A stretch of 63,713 nt of DNA, filler included, from Circinaria calcarea (Eukaryota): assembly GCA_051942165.1 (NCBI GenBank). It is 24 parts of 24 records of this genome, joined end to end, with 100 filler letters (N's around TTAATTAATTAA, not from the genome) between each part and the next. Parts side by side here need not be neighbours in the genome. Positions count along the whole stretch, not along the records: positions 58,513 to 61,063 come from JAVECS010003447.1; positions 61,164 to 63,713 come from JAVECS010003448.1; 22 more parts are not named here. One strand, 5' to 3'. Numbering within the stretch: the stretch's first letter is position 1; each line of letters begins with the position of its first letter. This document shows, one piece after another, positions 60,268-63,713 of this stretch. The translations under genes were made by a program, and so were the position numbers. Under the pieces are notes generated by a model, which did not search any database, was not told the DNA's origin, and worked only from the letters and a program-made list of their open reading frames with translations.

Positions 60268-61063
60268 ATGTTGATCGAATCAAAACCGGGTCCTTACAAC
60301 CAGTTCCTCCTCTTTGGGGACTCTATCACTCAACAGTCCGCAAGCCAAGAACGGGGCTTTGCCTTTATGCCTGCTCTGCAAGATAGTAGGTTCCTTCCAT
60401 TCCGCCTGCCGGAAGTCTTCTCGGCCTATCCATGTTCGAAGGAGAAAACGTGGCCCTTCAATCAAGGCGTCGAGGTAGTCCCCAAAACGCCATTCTGACT
60501 CTTTGTCTTCTCTAGCATATATCAGACGTCTCGATGTAGTGAACAGAGGTTTCAGGTACTTTAGGAAGGGGATGGTCTGGGAAAAGGGTATGACTGCTGA
60601 CATATATCCTCAAGCGGCTATAACTCAGCCCAAGCCCTGAAAGTCTTACCTGAATTCATGCCAAGTCCGGCCCAGGCGGGTATCTGTTTCATGGTACGGA
60701 AAGACGGTGTAAGGATGGCTTTGGAATAGCTTCCCGTTAACTCCACCAGATGGTGTTTTTCGGAGCCAATGACGCATGCCTGCCTTCGACTTCGACAGGA
60801 CAGCATGTCCCTCTGATTCAATACAAAGCAAACCTGAGAGCAATCGTGGGACACTCGCTAGTCAAGGAACAACAACCGCGTCTGATTCTGGTGACGCCTC
60901 CGCCAGTCGACGAGTACCGCCTGGAAGAGTCAGATCTATCAAAAGGCATCTCGGAGGTTCGTAGGACCGCAGAGCACACCAAAAAGTACGCAGACGCATG
61001 CCGAGACGTCGGAAGCGAACTGGGGGTGGCTGTGCTGGATTTATGGTCTGCCTTCATCATAGG
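60268..61063 (+). CDS. IAH1: GDSL/SGNH isoamyl acetate-hydrolysing esterase, 3' truncated
   Basis: LFGDSITQ, YIRRLDVVNRGFSGYN, FFGANDA and LVTPPP over four exons. Confidence 0.9.
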
Positions 61064-61163
61064 NNNNNNNNNNNNNNNNNNNNNNNNNNNNNNNNNNNNN
61101 NNNNNNNTTAATTAATTAANNNNNNNNNNNNNNNNNNNNNNNNNNNNNNNNNNNNNNNNNNNN

Positions 61164-61390
61164 CTCCATGACACAATCCAGCTTATCTCCTTTCTGGGGT
61201 GCTTTGGATGGAGCTTGTGGGGTGATGGACTTGATGTAGCCGTTGTGCCATTCCCGGTAAGTCGCAAAGTCGAGGAGCTGTCGGGAGAAGAGAGGTTAGG
61301 TATAGACCACTAGAAGTGTTGTGAGGAGATAGGTACCACTTCCTTGACGAGCGCAGGAGGGCTGTCGATCTCAATTTGCGTAGAGATCAT
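61164..61390 (-). CDS. SRPBCC/polyketide-cyclase-like protein, N-terminus (missed by the ORF track)
   Basis: MISTQIEIDSPPALVKEV|LLDFATYREWH; intron 61278-61336. Confidence 0.7.
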
Positions 61391-61819
61391 GGCGGTCAAG
61401 CGTATATCGTTGATTCGGTAGAGATTGTACTGCTAACGGGAGAGCAACGACGGAGCCTGACAAGAAGCACGCTGAAAGTTGTCTATCAAGTAAGGTTGAA
61501 GGAAGCAGGACAGTCTCATAGTTGCCGTTTGGATGACATCTCAGGGTCCAAGCTCCGCACCAAGATCCGTGGCTCCCCACCGGGCTGCCCACTGGTAGGG
61601 GTTCGGCGCACGGAAAATAAGGAATGATATGTTTGTTGGCTGTGCATGAATTGCATCGGTTACTAATAAGACTAAGGACGTATTACGCGGAACTAAATAC
61701 TCGCGGCCCGCTCCCGCTAACGATTACTTGGATCTTGCAATTAGGAGGTTTGGCAGTTTTTTGTAAGAAGAAACTAGGTAAGAATAATCAATAAAATCTC
61801 TTGCTAAGTGTTAAACCCC

Positions 61820-61870
61820 GCTAGCATAACATAGCTCCGATGTTAATAACATCGAGGCTACGTTACACCA
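61820..61870. repeat. Remnant of the MITE-family palindrome next to an AT-rich tract
   Basis: CTAGCATAACATAGCTCCG is identical to 35208-35226; arms CGATGTT/AACATCG. Confidence 0.65.
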
Positions 61871-63015
61871 GGCTGTCTTAAAGAGGTAATTGATTTATAT
61901 ATGAAGTTATAGTTATTACTGAAATTCGACGTTAAATCATAGAAATCAGTAGAGTAGAAAGGGGTAGAATAGAAATTATTAGAATTAATAAATAGAGTAT
62001 AAAAGTAGACTTTATATACACAGAGTAGAAACGAGAACACGCTTAAATGATAGATAGTATATCCAGGGGGCATAGCTATCCGCGTGGCAGAGTCGAAGGT
62101 ATTGGACAGTATATAACATAAGGAAATAATAAAGTTCACGAAGCTATTTCTGCCGCAAACAGCGCCTCAAAAGCACGGATGGGCGTGGCATGTTTAATTA
62201 AATTATCAGGGGGAGAAGTCATGAATTCTACAGTATATTAAAATTAAAGTTTTGATATTGACTAATTAGGCTTAACCCCTCGGATATCTATTATTCCGAG
62301 CCTACATTATATCAGGTTAACATAACAAAAACCAGTTAAACCTCCCAATTCTAGAATCGAAATCAGCTGTTCTGCATTGGAACCCAGCTGTTGAATACGC
62401 CGCAGCCATGCAAAGAGGAGTCGGTAAGTGCAATATGCCGCAGGATCCGAACATAAGCTGATTATACATGCATGTTGTCGGATAGATAGCACTCGGCTGC
62501 AGGTGCCGCAGCTTCGCATCGGCATTGGCATCTGCTTTCGTGTCTGATCATCTATCGTATCTCCCGTGTCAGCTCTGCTCTGTAGGTGCGCCACGGTTAT
62601 CAGAAGATCAGCTAGGAGAAGGTAAGGTCTAGATGACAATCCTTGAATACATATATGCAACACCTCGTTGAAACATTCCAGTTCTCGAAGTAGGTGATCG
62701 CGGCGCGCAGGGCACAGCAATCACATTTTGAAAATCCGTTAGCGGCGATTTCTTTATTCTCCGGCTCCTCAACTCATCAAGGCAACAATCCACGGCCACC
62801 GTGTACATAAGCCCGCGAGTGATCAACGACACTGTATTGGACTTCAGCCTTGAATGCCCTTACTAATGGCTTACTAAGCCAGGGGTTATCATGATGCCTA
62901 AGACTGCATTGCAATACGCTGTCTTAAGTTCAAGAAGCCAACCGATCCTGCCTACTTCCTACTTACCTCCTGCCTCTTTCTTACCATCCCCACCTCCAAC
63001 AATACCCCACCCAAC

Positions 63016-63713
63016 ATGGCTTCTTCCGCCCCCGCCAGCGCCGAGGAGGGCCTCGCTGCCTTTGCCTCTGTCATCTCGGTCTACGAACACCGTGTCGGCC
63101 ATGCCTGCCGGGCAGTCGCCTCATACCTGCCTCCACTGCTCAAGTCCTTTCCCGCCGTAGGCGGAACAGTCCTCGACAACGCCTGCGGCACCGGTGCAGC
63201 CACCCAAGAGTTCCTTAAGGTCTACCCCTCAGCCGAGGTCTCCGCTGCGGACGTGGTGCCGCCGATGGTGCAGTCCTTCAAGGCCATCATCGCCCTGGAC
63301 CCCGGGCTCGTGGCCCAGGTCAAGGATCTGCGCGTCGAGAACGGCGAGACCCTCACCTACGTGGATAACTCGTTCGACGCGGTCCTGACCAACTTTGGCA
63401 TCTTCTTCTTTCCGGATCCCGTTGCGGGCGCCAAGCAGATTTACCGCACGCTCAAGCCGGGCGGCACCGCGGTGGTGACGCTCTGGAAAACGTTTGGCTT
63501 TAAGCCGATTCTCTGGGAGGTGCAGGAGCGCGTGAACCCCGCGAGTCCGCTCACGGAGCTGCCGCTGATGGAACCATGGTGCGACCCAAAAAAGTTAGAG
63601 AAGGTGCTGACAGACGGCGGTTTTGGAAGCGTCGAGTTCAGCGTCGTGAAGGAGGGCATGTGGGGGAAGGACAAAGCAGACTTCGTGACGGTGTTGTTGG
63701 AGAACTTTGGGGC
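63016..63713 (+). CDS. Class I SAM-dependent methyltransferase, 3' truncated
   Basis: VLDNACGTG, DNSFDAVLTNFG, YRTLKPGG; frame open to the window end. Confidence 0.92.
   Translation, partial: MASSAPASAEEGLAAFASVISVYEHRVGHACRAVASYLPPLLKSFPAVGGTVLDNACGTGAATQEFLKVYPSAEVSAADVVPPMVQSFKAIIALDPGLVAQVKDLRVENGETLTYVDNSFDAVLTNFGIFFFPDPVAGAKQIYRTLKPGGTAVVTLWKTFGFKPILWEVQERVNPASPLTELPLMEPWCDPKKLEKVLTDGGFGSVEFSVVKEGMWGKDKADFVTVLLENFG

Noticed and set aside
62307..62720. 137-aa ORF
   Set aside because: Non-ATG start, no recognisable motif, and it runs into the AT-rich tract.
60268..63713. Esterase, cyclase-like gene and methyltransferase as a secondary-metabolite cluster
   Set aside because: IAH1 is on a different contig, and no backbone synthase is visible for the other two.

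Overview
This is not one continuous locus. It is 24 unrelated contigs of about 2.55 kb, sorted by decreasing length (2568 down to 2550 bp) and joined by 23 artificial 100-bp linkers (N44-TTAATTAATTAA-N44, stops in all six frames), so gene order is meaningful only within a contig. 23 contigs are nuclear DNA of filamentous ascomycete (Pezizomycotina) type, with short GT-AG introns and CTAAC/CTGAC branch points. One AT-rich contig (2669-5235) is mitochondrial-type cox1 with three group I introns, an 11-nt micro-exon and three LAGLIDADG ORFs in three states of decay. Recognisable genes, mostly partial: a DUF3176 protein, a Rad53/Chk2-like FHA kinase, DOT5, UPS2, a 5-exon DUF3602/Par32-like gene, ADE12, PSD1, a Hrr1/ZNFX1-type helicase, a secretory lipase, YND1, BFR2, an MFS transporter, a Zn2Cys6 factor, a homoserine acetyltransferase-like hydrolase, a PEX4-like E2, RBL2, THOC7, TRS20, a PTH11-like protein, a CYP52-like P450, LCP5, CCDC124, a caspase-like C14 protease, a divergent kinase, a CLC channel, IAH1, an SRPBCC protein and a SAM methyltransferase. 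Mobile DNA includes a TIR element with a nested solo LTR, three copies of one LTR family, nested LTR stacks and five copies of a palindrome-bearing MITE-like family, with RIP-like mutations. The best candidates for something undescribed are a spliced 88-aa microprotein gene next to the caspase-like protease, the palindromic MITE family, an H/ACA-like RNA upstream of DOT5 and a tRNA-like element with a large insert. All family calls come from motif recognition by eye; no searches were run.
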